DNA from: the human T2T-CHM13v2.0 reference genome, Homo sapiens
Strand: one strand, 5' to 3'
Assembly: GCF_009914755.1 (NCBI RefSeq)
Contig: NC_060926.1
Length of the DNA: 64,000 bases
Shown: in pieces, positions 43,740 through 57,395 of the stretch
Numbering within the stretch: the stretch's first letter is position 1
How the letters are laid out: each line of letters starts with the position of its first letter
Position numbers and translations under genes: made by a program
The notes under the pieces: generated by a model
What the model saw: only the letters and a program-made list of their open reading frames with translations
What the model was told of the DNA's origin: nothing
Database searches by the model: none

Positions 43740-44205
43740 ACATAGACCTTAATCTCAGATATGTGATTTCTAGGAATCTCAATTAAAGAATTTAATCCTG
43801 CTTTGTGTTTAAAATTTTGTCTACAAGAGCCACTTTAATAGGAAAAAGAAGAAAACAATCTAAATGTTTAACTGATATTTGTTAATGGTTAAAATAAATT
43901 ACTGCTTATTTATCAGTAAAATGTTTTATTGCCATTAAAAATAGCTTATATTAAATGACTTGAAAATATTTTCTTTCCCTTATATGTCATTAAGCTAAAT
44001 ATGTGCTATGAACCTGTATGGTGTTTTGTAAAAAAGAAAAAAAAGCCTACTGAAACAAAGATACACAACAAGATTTTGAATATTGGTAATATTTTGTGTG
44101 ACTTTTACTTATTTGTTTTCTTGCTTTTCTGTTTCCTCCCCTCTAAGTTTTCAAAAACAAACATGTATTTCTTCTGTCGCAAAAAAAAATAAAAGAAAAA
44201 TTTAC
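43740..44205 (+). mobile_element. Old L1ME 3' fragment
   Basis: TTTCTAGGAAT..AAACAATCTAAATGT..ATGGTTAAAATAAATTA..GCCATTAAAAA. Confidence 0.55.
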
Positions 44206-44300
44206 AACAATGGTTTATCAATTTACTAACAAAATAAATTTCTCTCTTAATGTTCTAGTATTAAATATTTTCATTATTTTTTAAAACACATTCAAAAGTA

Positions 44301-44811
44301 CAGTTGACCCTTGAACAACATAGGTTTGAACTACACCAATTTTCTTCCATGCCTGCCACCCTTGAGACAGCAATACCAACCCCTCCTCTTCTTCCTCCTT
44401 CTCCTTGGCCAACTCAACATGAAGATAACAAGGATGAAAACCTTTATGATAATGTACTTCTGCTTAATGGATAATAAAGATATTTTCTCTTGCTTATGAT
44501 TTTCTTAATAATATTTCCTTTTCTCTAGATACCTTGTTGTAAAAACACAGTATATATAATATATATATAATATATATATCATATATATTTATTCCTTAGC
44601 AATACATGGCTTGTTTTGATATTCATATTTACATATATGAGATATAGAAGATACAAATGTGTGTTATTTGACTGATTATGTTATCAGTAAGGCTTTGGTC
44701 AAGAATAGGCTCTTAGTAGTTAAGTTTTGGGGGAACAAAAAGTTATATATGGATTTTTGACTATGCAGGGAATTGACAACACTAACCCCCTCATTGTTCA
44801 AGAGTCAGTTG
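44301..44811 (+). mobile_element. Tigger2a (MER28) DNA transposon with internal TA-rich expansion
   Basis: TIRs CAGTTGACCCTTGAACAA / TTGTTCAAGAGTCAGTTG with TA on both sides. Confidence 0.9.
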
Positions 44812-45334
44812 TATTATAAATGGATATTTGGGTTTTAAGACTGAAAACCTAACACAGCATTATAGTCTTTCGTATTTCAGTTACCAAATAAATGTCCTGC
44901 ATAATTGTTTATACTGATAGTGGTGATTATTACTGTTTTGGCAACATAATTTTGTGTCAGCAGTTGTGCCTGTTTTCTTGGCTTTTATGAAAGTTTGCTT
45001 TTGTAAACACGTTTTAACTGATTCATTTTAATTCCATAATATTATGTTGATCTTTTCTAACAGGCAAATAGGCATTTACTTTAAGCATTACAAACTAGCA
45101 AAATGTCCCAACAATGAAGAAATACTTACTTTTAAGAATAAAATGAAGAAAATATGAGATCTAAGTGAGCAACTGGGAAGTTTACTCCAACAGGTACTAG
45201 AGTGCAGCCTCAGGCAATTCTTGTCACTATTAGCACATCCTAAAATTTTTATCAAAGTGCAATTTTTATATAACAATTGAAACAGTATAAATAACATCAT
45301 ATTTGCAAGCAAAAGAAAATGGGCAATAGATATC

Positions 45335-45795
45335 TATAATGGTTAGTTTTATGTGTCAACTTGACTGAGTCACAGGATGCCCAAATATTTGGTTAAACAT
45401 AATTCTGGGTGTTTCTATAGGGTGTTTTTGGATGAGAATAACAATTCAATCTGTAAACAGAGTAAAGCAGGCTACCCTGCCTAAGATGGATAGGCCTCAT
45501 CCAACCAGGTGAACGCCTGAAAAAACAAAAAGGCTGACCCTCCCACAAGTAAGGGAGCATTTCTCCCACCTGACTCTTTTCAAACTGAGACATTGACTTT
45601 TTCCGACCTGAAGTCAAACAGAAACATTAGCTCTTCTTGGCTGCAGCCTGCCAGGCTTCCAACTGAAACTATCTCACAGGTTCTCCTGCTTCTTGGGCTT
45701 TTGGATTCAGATTGGAACTATAACATCAGCTCTCCTAGGTCCTCGGGGAGGAGTGGGGCTATATGTTTTGTTTCTATGGGGAACTGAAATATGCA
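45335..45795 (+). mobile_element. MLT2 (MLT2D-like) solo LTR
   Basis: ATGGTTAGTTTTATGTGTCAACTTGACTG; AAAAGGCTGACCCTCCC; near-TSD ATATC/ATGTC. Confidence 0.88.
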
Positions 45796-46439
45796 ATGTC
45801 TATCCAATTTTGAAGGGTACTGTACTATTCTGCAGTAGGTAAAATAGCTTGTTCACTGTAGAGGAGTATTCTTTCAGTGATGATAGAGGAATCAAGTAAT
45901 AAATAGATATTTTACTATGAAAACTGCTCTGTAATTGCAAACTGGTATTCTCTGGCAATTTTGAATTATAGGAAGATTGTACTAGCCAGAGAATATGGAT
46001 CTCTATCACCTTAAATATTTTATTGTTGCAATTTCATAAATATTTCTTGTATTATTTTGACCTGAGTTTCTTTCTAATTTAATTTAGATCTGAGTCAACA
46101 TTTACAAATCCCTATGCTACACTGAATAGTTCAGAACTTTGGAACTTCAAGACTCTGGTACATTCATCAAGAAAATATCTCCATCCAGGTGTCTGGATGG
46201 GCAGTTTGCAGCTCTTCTGCAGTGGGCCATTTGCAGCTTTTCTCAGGGGAAAGGCTACACTGTGGGGCTTCTTCAATCTCAACACACAGAAGAGTAACTG
46301 CTATTGAATTCACATTTAAAACATAGCTATATTTTCCAAATCAGTTTTCCATGCTATCATTTTATTTGCACTTCATAAAAATACCATAAAGTAGAAAGGA
46401 CTGAAAAGTATCATATTTAACTTAGGAGGGGGTGAAGGA

Positions 46440-46680
46440 TACTGGTTGAGTGCAAGGGTGTTGGAGTAGGAAAGACTGAGTCTGAATCCCAGCTTTGTCA
46501 TTTACTGTTTCTTTCTGTAAGTTATATATTCTTTTTTTTTCCTCAGTTCCCCATTTATAAAATAGAAAAAATGGCACCACCTACTCATAAGTTTGTTTTG
46601 AGAAATACAGTGTATGATACCTGTTAAACACATTGGATAATGCCCAGATGTATTATATATTCAATAAATGAAAATTGTTA
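46440..46680 (+). mobile_element. MIR, near full length
   Basis: CTGAATCCCAGCTTTGTCATTTACT..CCTCAGTTCCCCATTTATAAAAT..TCAATAAATG. Confidence 0.8.
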
Positions 46681-48865
46681 TTTATGTTAATAGTATTGCT
46701 TTTGAATGGAAAAATGATACACAGAGAAGTTAAAATGATGTGAAAAAAGCCAAGAGCTGGTTAATAGCATAGTTGAATTTAGAAGTCACTTTAATTCCTG
46801 TATCCCTAACCTACAATATTTCCCTAACCTATGACAGTATGTGATTAAGTGCAAAATATATAGATAATAAAAAGTTACATAAAAGTTTGCATGACATGGA
46901 CAATCGTATACTCCATGTATTCTACCTTGGAAAACCAATGATAATTCTAAATTTTACTTGAAGTTTCCTAGCTCCATAAGCTGTTTACTAGATAGAAATC
47001 TTTTGTTATGTATTTGAAAAATCAGATAATCTAAAATGTATCCCCTGGTTGTGACCTGAACTTCTTCGGTCTCAGTGGACATAAATATTCCAATCTTGTG
47101 TACAGTTTATCTTTGAATATAAATAAATATATGGTTTCTCATTTGTGAATTGACCAGATGAAGTTGTTTAGTTTTAACTAACTCTGTAACAGAATTATAG
47201 CCCCTAGAATGCATAATATGTTGCATCAAAAGTACCATTTCTTTTCATTATGGGATATCACTTACCATCCATGGGGGTCTTTCCCACTCAATACAGAAAG
47301 GCCTGGGAATTAATTTTGACAAAATGCCTTAAGAAAACACACACAGAAAATAGGAGTACGTACAAGAGTTGAATAGTATATGCCAAACATACAATATATT
47401 CTAATGATATCACAACAATATACTGTTCTCAGTCTTCAAATAGCCTCAACTATTACATTACTATGGATCTCATGATTTGGAGAAGATTGCAAAGACATGT
47501 TACTTTGGCTAGCTCTTGGAAGATATTTAGAGTTTAGTTGGGCAACAAAAAGCAGTCAGAACAGTCCATGTTACTAATTTGATATTCGATGAAGTCTAAG
47601 AGTCAATAATGATGACAAATTAGTGTGTTTACATGTGGAGCAGATCCACATAGTTGGATACAAAAACCAGATATTACTATGAAACTGTGTGCAGATTATC
47701 TTAGAAAATATCCTTCGTGGCTAGCTGTGCACACTATGATATTCCACCCCTTGTGCCATAGGTTAGATGAAGGTTTGTCCTTCACTTAAAGAATTTTGCT
47801 GTGTGTGTGCATGTGTGTGTGCGTGTGTGTGTATTGCTATAGGCTCACTTAGGAGACCCCTATAAGAATGGAACTTAGCTATAGTTTTTGGATTTTAAGA
47901 CTGTTCTGTTTGCACTTCTTAATTCTGTAAAAGAGAAACCAGACTGTAAATTGATAAAAGGGAGATTTAAATAGTGACTTAAATACAACATCTCTTTCTA
48001 CAAACTCCAGAAATATAAATACACTTCCCCAGATTTAGAATATTGTGATTAAAGAGAACTAGAGAACAGAAGGAAACAGATATTGAGTGGGTAATGAATC
48101 CACATCAAGTAAAAGATTTGTAAAAATATATTGTAAAATTAAAAAAAAGCATAGTATCAGAGGAAAGGCCTGGTGTTAATATCTCATAGTATGGAAATAC
48201 TAATAATATATAAAAGAAAAACAAAATCAAGGCAGTTGACTAAGACAGTGATTAATCCAGTTTTTCTAGAGGTGATAGTTTTTCTGTTTTTTCCCTTTTT
48301 AGAATCAAAATAGGAAGATCTTACTTACTATTTACTGGTAAGTGTTTTTTGATAAAACATTTTGCCTCTTTAGGTTTTGATTTACTTATGTTTAAATTCA
48401 GACGAGCTACATTACTTAGACAGTGAAGTTATTTCAACCCTACCAATCTTAATAATCCAATGTTTTGATCTAATTTATGTTCTTTATATTCATTCTTGTA
48501 TTCTAAAATTCCAGGAATGCAGAAGACTATAAAACACATGAAATATCAGGCTAAAAGACTGCATTATTTTTAGTTTTTTTTAAACTGAGTCACTAAGAAT
48601 CTTTCTGCACATCACCAATTGATTTGATTTTTTTTCCCATATCTAACTATATGTCACTTACCTCCAAGACGAATGGAATTGTTCCACTTCTCCATCAAAA
48701 TCATCTGGTTAATTCACAGTTTAAATTTCTTGCAGAGGTCTATTGTGAGCAGTACTTTGCTTTCTGAGCTCTAGTACAAATGCCATCTTTTCAACAGCCA
48801 TACTCTCTGTCCTTTCCTGAAAATTTTGCTTTGGCCTTTACTGTTCCTTAATCTTGACATAGGCA

Positions 48866-49044
48866 TTGAAATATGCCAAGCTGATAGAATACTCACTTGC
48901 TGATTTGATAAAAGTATGGTCTCACCTTTTTCTTTTTAGGAATCTTAATATAATGCAATAATCCAGATGTATCAGTAAGAAGAAAGCCTTTTAGTGCTTA
49001 TAACTCCAAATTGGAGCACGGCATGAGGATTTGAGTAAAGAAGC
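48866..49044 (+). repeat. Dispersed direct repeat, copy 1 (~180 bp)
   Basis: Manual alignment to 50517-50696 gives ~82% identity. Confidence 0.92.
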
Positions 49045-49872
49045 ATTGAATTTCCCATGACATAAAGGAATGTCTGCTTTACTCTTAAACGTAGAATGAC
49101 ACTTATCTGAAGTAACACAGGCATATATGGAAACAGGAAATACATCAATACACCCTGTGGTTTTGTGGTCTTTGTAGGGCCCAAAGCAGCTAAATCAATG
49201 TTGTACCAAATAAGGCATTCGTTGCCTGGACTATTCTTTGTGGAGATTTTCAGGTTGTTTGTGTGCTTAGTACAAATATATTTATATACAGCCACAGGTA
49301 TTGGGGCTTGCTAATTTAGGCTTTTTTTTTTTAAATAAAGCAAGTGTTTTATTTTCACTTTGCAATAAATAACAACACTTGTTTGTTCCATTATTTCAAC
49401 TACATTAAAATTAAGGAAAACAGAACTATCATCTCTAATTTCCACAGTGTTTGATATCATTTGATTTCTGTGCTTTCATGGCCTGCTGGTAGTGGTTGTT
49501 GGTACTCTTGGTGCATAGTTCCTCTCAGGTGACAGCCTGTTCTAAGGTGAGGAAGGCTTGAATTAAATGGCAATTCACAGCATCATCAGAAAATGCTATC
49601 TTCAAGACCTAGCAATCACTTTTTATTTGCTAATTTTACCTACAATTGCTGTGAACTTTGTTCTTTACTCAGAGAGGTGCATGGAAAGAGTGTTAAAAGC
49701 CAGCTGTCACTTCTGAGGTGAGAATCAAATGCTGAGAAATGGTATTGTCTTGAAAAGATCACCCTGAAGGTCATTGCTCTGGACTAGATACAATAACAAT
49801 AGATAGTAGCAGCAAGACCTTCCTGACCGAAAGAAAAAGAAGGTTGCGCTTTGAGGAGGAGGGAAAATATCT

Positions 49873-49910
49873 CACACACGCGTGCGCGCGCACACACACA
49901 CAAACACACA
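49873..49910. repeat. (CA)n/(CG)n alternating purine-pyrimidine tract
   Basis: CACACACGCGTGCGCGCGCACACACACACA. Confidence 0.9.
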
Positions 49911-50516
49911 GTGATATGCATAAAATAAGGCATTGATAAGAGCAGAGGATGCTCTGTAAATGCAGTTTCTCTGTTAAACTGGATTTTGTTGAATCACATT
50001 TGAACAATCTAAGAGCTGAAAATGAGTATCTTATTCACATATATTTGTTGACTTTGAAGAACTGGAGCTAAAAGAGAAATGTAACTTTAATAAATGAAGA
50101 TAACTCAGTGACAAGATGTATTCTTATTTTTGCAGAAAATCTCTTGGTTAAGGGTAGCAACATATGTATATTGTCTTGTAACCCAAAGCAGATCTTATTT
50201 CCAGATTATGTTTCTACCCTCCGATTATCTACTTTTGTCAGGATGGAATTTAAAAGCATATGTCACCACACCAGAATTCAAAATTGGAAGCATTTAGCTG
50301 GCATCTTAAACACGTCTGACATTGAAGACATTTTCCTCCCAACTACCCACAGCTTTCATTCAAACTCTTCTATTATTTGTGGACTTGTCCATTTCCCCCA
50401 GGCTATTGTAAAATTTTACGGAGAGAGAAAAATCCAGCTACCAAGAGCCAGGTACATGCATAAGATAATTCAGTCCTCATGAGGATGTCCTAATAAGTAA
50501 GGTACTTATGACTGTT

Positions 50517-50696
50517 TTGAAATTTGCCAGGCTGAAAGAATACTCACTTGCTTATTTGAGGAAAGTATTTCCTCACTTTTTAAATTTTTTGGATTCTTAA
50601 TATAATATAATGACCCAGACACATCAATAGTAATACAGCCTTTTAGTGCTTATAATTCCAAATTAGAGCATGGGATGAGTATTTGAGTAAAGAAGC
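50517..50696 (+). repeat. Dispersed direct repeat, copy 2 (~180 bp)
   Basis: Shares AGAATACTCACTTGCT, AGCCTTTTAGTGCTTATAA and ATTTGAGTAAAGAAGC with copy 1. Confidence 0.92.
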
Positions 50697-50724
50697 TTAG
50701 GCTGGTGTATATGTGTGTTTCCAC

Positions 50725-50850
50725 ATCAGAAAATCTAAATTCAGAGTTTAGTAATGTCCTCAAGGTCACATAGCTAGTGTAGTAGGTATAAGATACAAAT
50801 CCTGAACTCTCTGACATCAAATGTGACATGATTTCCACTATGATTTGCAA
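50725..50850 (-). mobile_element. MIR fragment
   Basis: CAAGGTCACATAGCTAGT core. Confidence 0.7.
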
Positions 50851-51624
50851 GTAGAAGAGTTTCATATTTATTTATCTTTTATTCTCCCCTTTCCTTGTCT
50901 AAAGCTAAGTGCGGAGTTTTTCAAATAATAATATTCAATAGATGCTACTTATACACAAAAAACACACACCTCCATATTAATAGAAAATGGAGAGGAAGAG
51001 AAAGTAATTGTTTTTTACATGTTTATTACCAGTTTGATTTTTAACAATTCTCCTCATGATATAGAAGGCAAAGTAATCATATCTCATATCATTAACACTC
51101 AGGGACCTGAAATACAGTGGTGGCTGCATGAGATTCAAAAAGCTTTCATCTCATTTAATAAGAATAAATGTTAATCTTACACACACTGGTTTAAAAAGAT
51201 CTATGGGACCTAAAAAGATTCAGACTATAAGTAGTTCACCACATTTTAACAGAGGAAAATCAAACAAAATACATCCCACGTGGAGGACAATGATCAGTGT
51301 TACTAAATAAATTGGGAATATTCCATCAAAGAAACTAGGGATATTTGCTAGGAGAAGAAAAGTCTTGGGGAAAATATGAAAGCCTTTCTCCAGTATTTTA
51401 ATGTGACCATATGGAACAAGAATTAAACTAACTCTATTTGTTTTTAAAGTGGTGGGATTCAGATCAAAAGGTAGGACATGGAATAGAGCAATTTCCTCCC
51501 AATATGAAACCAAGCTATCCAAAGATGGAATGAAATACCCAGGAGGTAGAAATTTCCACACCTCTGAGATTGGTTATGAAAACATTTAAAAACCTTTTGT
51601 TAGGAATTTTAAAGAAATGAAGTG

Positions 51625-52261
<637 letters not shown>

Positions 52262-53439
52262 TAATTATATTCTTTCCATTATTGAAGGAGAAAACCATTA
52301 CTGTGGTCCTGAAAACATTCCCCACCTCAATTTCTGTCTGGGTTGGTTGTCTGATAGCACAATAAACACTTACGTAACACTTCGCATACACATTGTTTTA
52401 AGAAGTCATTTATCATTGTGTGTTTGCCTTTCTTTCTCTTTGCTCCCTGTGGGCTCCATAGGCAGAAATCATGTCCCTCCTGATACTCACTTCACATATA
52501 ATATGATTTATTTAGTCAAAAAATATTTATGGGTGACTAACAACACACTAGGATTCCCTTTTCAGAAGTCATGTTTGGATGCTCTCAGGTAGTGAAAAAG
52601 AGTCAACATAGAATTGATACCAATGACACCATTGGATTTACATGGCCCACCTAGCTCAATGGCTATTTTTGAATAGGTTTATAAAATTAGAGAAAGTCCT
52701 ATCCAAAGAAACAATTTACATTTCTTATCCAGGTTTTGTCTATCCTCATCATTTTATCAGAGAAAGTATTAGACTTTCATCAAATGCTGATCCCTAATTT
52801 GGAGACATTTGTTTTTCTAGATTTTCACATAAGTTCTCATTGAACATATGAACTCACATAATTTTGAGCTCCTTCCTATAATTCCTAAGATATAATGATA
52901 TTTTAGAATAAAAGGAATCTCTAAGATTCTTGCCTACTTCAAAGGAATAAATCAGAGAGAAGTATACTTACTCATAATATAGATATTGACTACATAAAAG
53001 GTGAGGACTACACATTTAAATAAGAGAGAATTGTTATCATCTGATGGCCCTATTTAAAATAGAAATGAAAGATGTATTATGACTGTCACTTTGCATGTTT
53101 CAAGTGAGAAACTAAAGCACACTTATCTCTAGACCTCTGAAGATCACTTTACATTATGAAAAATGTTTTGACTATCAGAATTATTTTGTTGAAATAATCT
53201 AAATTATTTTTAAGAAAACACATGTTACTATCAGGGTGATTAGTCAAAACCCCACATAAGATTTACTCAGTAGCCACCGTGAAAGGAGCAAGTGGGGATG
53301 GGCCTATGTATTATTCCTTTCCCCATCTCTGAATGTAAACAAAATAGAGTAACTTGGTACTATTCCTTCCAGGTTAGGATGATTCTCTTCCCACAGAAAA
53401 ACACCAATTACCTACCTCCCTGCCAGATCCATCCAAAAT

Positions 53440-53750
53440 TAAATAACTGAATCCCTTTGAGAGTCACGAAACATTTCAGAAGTAAATTTAAACCTATCTA
53501 TATGCACTTTCACTGGGGAACGATCTCAGTTTCCATCATCCTTCTCTTTGAAGCCTTGAAGAGCTCGCCTACATGAAACAATTATGATGCAGTGATCTCA
53601 TCTTGAACATTTTCCTCAGGGTTTTCATCAGCTCTGCTGGTTACCTTTCTTTCCTTAGAGCAATTTCAATTTCCTTATGACTCGGCAAGGAGCATTTGGA
53701 TCAATACTGTATTTTTTTCTTCTTTCAGTTTTGGATTGGCTCTTCATTTT
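53440..53750 (-). mobile_element. Possible ancient RTE-clade LINE (MamRTE-like) ORF relic
   Basis: Minus-strand frameshifted peptides EIEIALRK / RADENPEENVQ / ELFKA..VPQ*K / KGD, in the order of the pre-RT region of RTE-type LINEs. Confidence 0.4.
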
Positions 53751-53948
53751 TTTTTTCTAAGACTGATTTAAAATCTTTTCCTTACAAAAGGTAAAACTTT
53801 TAAAACTCTGAACTGTATCCTTTTTCAAACAATCTTTGATTGATGTGTGATGTTGTGTCACATCACTTTAGGTAACTCTGTCTCCTTGCATTATACAAAT
53901 CAGCAAACAAGTGAGAATGATAGACTGAACTGAAAAACAAGCATTAGG

Positions 53949-54513
53949 TTTCCATGATGTATATGTGTCACATTTTCTTTACCCAGTCTATCATTGATGG
54001 GCATTTGGGTTGGTTCCTAGTCTTTGCTATTGTAAATAATGCTGCAATAAACATACGAGTGCATGTGTCTTTATAGTAAAATGATTTATAATCCTTTGGG
54101 TATATACCCAGTAATGGGATTGCTGGGTCAAGCAGCCATAAAAAAGAATGAGGTCATGTCCCTTGCAGGGACATGGATGAAGCTGGAAACTATCATCCTC
54201 AGCAAAGTAACACAGGAACAGAAAACCAAACACTGCATATTCTCACTTGTAAATGAGAGTTGAACAATGAGAATACATGGATACAGGGAGGGGAACATCA
54301 CACAACGTCTGTTAGGGGGTGGTGGGGCAAGGGGAGGGAGAACATTAGGACAAATACCTAATGCATGTGGGGGTTAAAACCTAGATGACGGGTTGATAGG
54401 TGCAGCAAACCACCATGACACATATATACTTATGTAACAAAGCTGCACGTTCAGCGCATGTATCTCAGAACTTAAAGTAAAATAAAATAAGATAATAAAG
54501 TAAATTAAATTTT
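53949..54513 (+). mobile_element. L1PA8-like insertion with 5' inversion (53949-54131 antisense; 54132-54513 sense)
   Basis: TSD AAAACAAGCATTAGG (53934-48) / AAAAGAAGCATTAGG (54514-28); junction GGGTCAA|GCAGCC. Confidence 0.95.
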
Positions 54514-56277
54514 AAAAGAAGCATTAGGATGTGGTGTGGTGCTTGTTAGACAGGTTTCTTTGAGGCTTTACAACAAACTCTGCTAGAAGTACAAATATAA
54601 AGTTTCTAGATCATGTTTGTAAACCAAATTGGACACAAATGAGTTCAGGTATAAAAGATTTAAAATAAAATACCTGGGTTATGGCCAAAACCATGGAAAT
54701 ATCTTTGCTGTTTATTTCCTCTGGACATATTTAGTGTGGATGCTAAGTGTGTGTGTTTTAATTTTTTGTTAGTTTCTTTTTATGGATGTTAGAAGTTAGC
54801 TGCTATAATAAATCCTTCAGGGGCTTTTCAGTTGAAGAGATACTTGCCATTAGCTTAATGTGGAACTGATGCTACAGTGATCCTAAATCCAATAGCAATA
54901 TACTCCATCACTGTGAATACATTTTCCTTATTTGATGATGCCATCTTAATATAGAATCAGTAACTTAACCTGGTAAAATAGAGTTTTTTATTGTTTATTG
55001 ATGGTGTATAGCACACTGAGTTATGAGTTGTCTGGAATAGAATATATTTTCTATCAGGTACACCCTTTCCCCTTAATACACCCATGCATACACATGTATT
55101 TATATTTTCTTCTCATTTTAGTTAGGAAAAGAAAGTCCACCTAAGTCCCAGGAAACGTAGTACTGAGGTTTTGCTGGTTTAAGTAGCCTTTGGAATGTTC
55201 TAGAGAGATCAATTCTATGAGAACTTATTATTGATTCTTACTGCCAAGTTAACCAAGAAAGCCCTATTGAGTCAAGTCAGCTGTGGAGACATTTCCTGTT
55301 GACTCAGATGTTCCGTCCTACACAGGATATTAGGATCCTGGCTAATGTGAGTGTCACAAACTGAATCAGGAATGTAAAGTCATCTGTTGATATTAAGAAT
55401 ATTTCCTTTCAACTGAACTTTGTCAGACCATAGTAAGATTTTAGAATATGATTTCCATCCAAAAATCTCAAAACAAAGGTAGATTTTTTAATATTAATTT
55501 TTCTTGTTTGGTAAAATTAATAGTTTATGAATGTGTCAGACATAGGACCCAGTTTCTATCCTATGAGGTCTGAATCACATTTATTAAAATTTTAATAACA
55601 TCTCTCTGCGGACATAAGTTACGGTGGGTTTTCAAGAAATTTTTTTTAGTGTGAACAAAATAGGAAAAAATCTCTCTCATTTATATAGCACCTTTCAATC
55701 AGAATGTTCTTTGTACACTGTTCGTGGTTAATTTTTCCCCTTGAATACACATGTTAAACTCCCACGGATCTATCAGCAATTTAACGGGGCTATTTTAGGA
55801 TTATATTAGAGACAGGATTTAGCAGAATAAAAAAGGCTTGTGTAGCTTTCCCTCAACTTAAGGAAGTTCAAACTATTTTCATATTGTCTAGTTCTATGTG
55901 AAAATATTGCTAAGAATGTAATAAAAAATATTCAGTGGATTTGCAATAGGTAACATGCCGGAGGAAGCCTGGTCCCTTAAATAAAGAGAAGCATCAAAAA
56001 ACTTAAACTGAGTCAGACCCAGATGAAAGAACATGAAGTCGATCTGTGATTATTCTAAGAACTATTCTGGGCAGTCTTTTTTTACCCCAATAAAATCACC
56101 CTTTGTCCCTTCCTCTTTTCAAGTATCTGTATTATTATACCTTTCCTGGCCACCCTATTAAAATTGCTTTCAGGAAAGATAGGGAATTTACTTAACACGA
56201 TAGCATGTCCAATTGTTAACAGCTTTATTTTACTTCTCTGGGGTTTTGTGTTTTAAAAGCTAATAAAAATGTAAGGT

Positions 56278-56655
<378 letters not shown>

Positions 56656-57244
56656 TCACCAGTTTTGTATATTTCTTCCATTAGGCTTGTCTTAAACTGA
56701 TAAATGCAGACTGGCAAAGCTAAGAAGTCTTATGGGACATTGTTTGGCTTATTCTGAGGCTGATTTGAAAAATGAATGGAAGGTGGGAAAGGGTAGATGA
56801 TTGATTTTTTTAAAAAAAGTCAAACCTTTAGGGGGAACTTTAAAAAATGTCTGCCAACTCCAGATATCTACTTAAAAACATGGCTGTTATTATGTGTGAT
56901 GTAAGTTAACCTATGCTATTAAAATCAAAATACAATATAACTGGAGGCAAAATACATTTACTTAACCTCGAAAATAGGATTCAGAGTTTGTATTATAAGA
57001 TTTTAAGGGAACTTTAAAGAAAGGCACAAAAGAAAATAATACCCAATGACAAGAAAATATTGTAGGAGATAACAACATACAAATTTAAAATAGTAATAAT
57101 AATATGTTATAAACTTGAATATTATTTTTAATTTTTAACAATAAAATTACATTTGCTTTCTTGAAATATGCCCTTCTGTGTGAATGATAGTATAAGTCAT
57201 TTAGGACAGTAAGTGAGACACTACAACATAAACATAAAGGAAAG

Positions 57245-57395
57245 AGAGACTTAGGGAGGCACAAAACAATTACCCAAATTGGAATATTGCCAAAACATAT
57301 GGATTAACAGTCTTGTCCTTTGAGGAGTGTCCTGGGATCTTTAATGCTTACCAGTAGCCAGGATTCTTCTTTTATTTCTCACCAGAAAGACAGAT
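57245..57395 (-). mobile_element. Probable AmnSINE1 / Deu-domain SINE relic
   Basis: Collinear with the recalled antisense Deu-domain: TTACCCAAATTGGAAT..GCCA..GGATTAACA..GAGTGTCCTGGGATCTTTAATG..CAGGA..TCTCACCAGAAAGACAG. Confidence 0.7.

Noticed and set aside
46803-46831. TCCCTAACCTA duplicated; telomere-like CCCTAA
   Set aside because: Only two short units; not an interstitial telomeric array.
50108-50482. 124-aa plus-strand ORF between the duplicated units
   Set aside because: GTG start, no recognisable domain, length within chance expectation for 64 kb.
53670-53745. Minus-strand peptide RRKKYSIDPNAP resembling the HMG-box KKDPNAP motif
   Set aside because: No HMG helices follow and a stop comes soon after; a LINE relic or chance explains it better.
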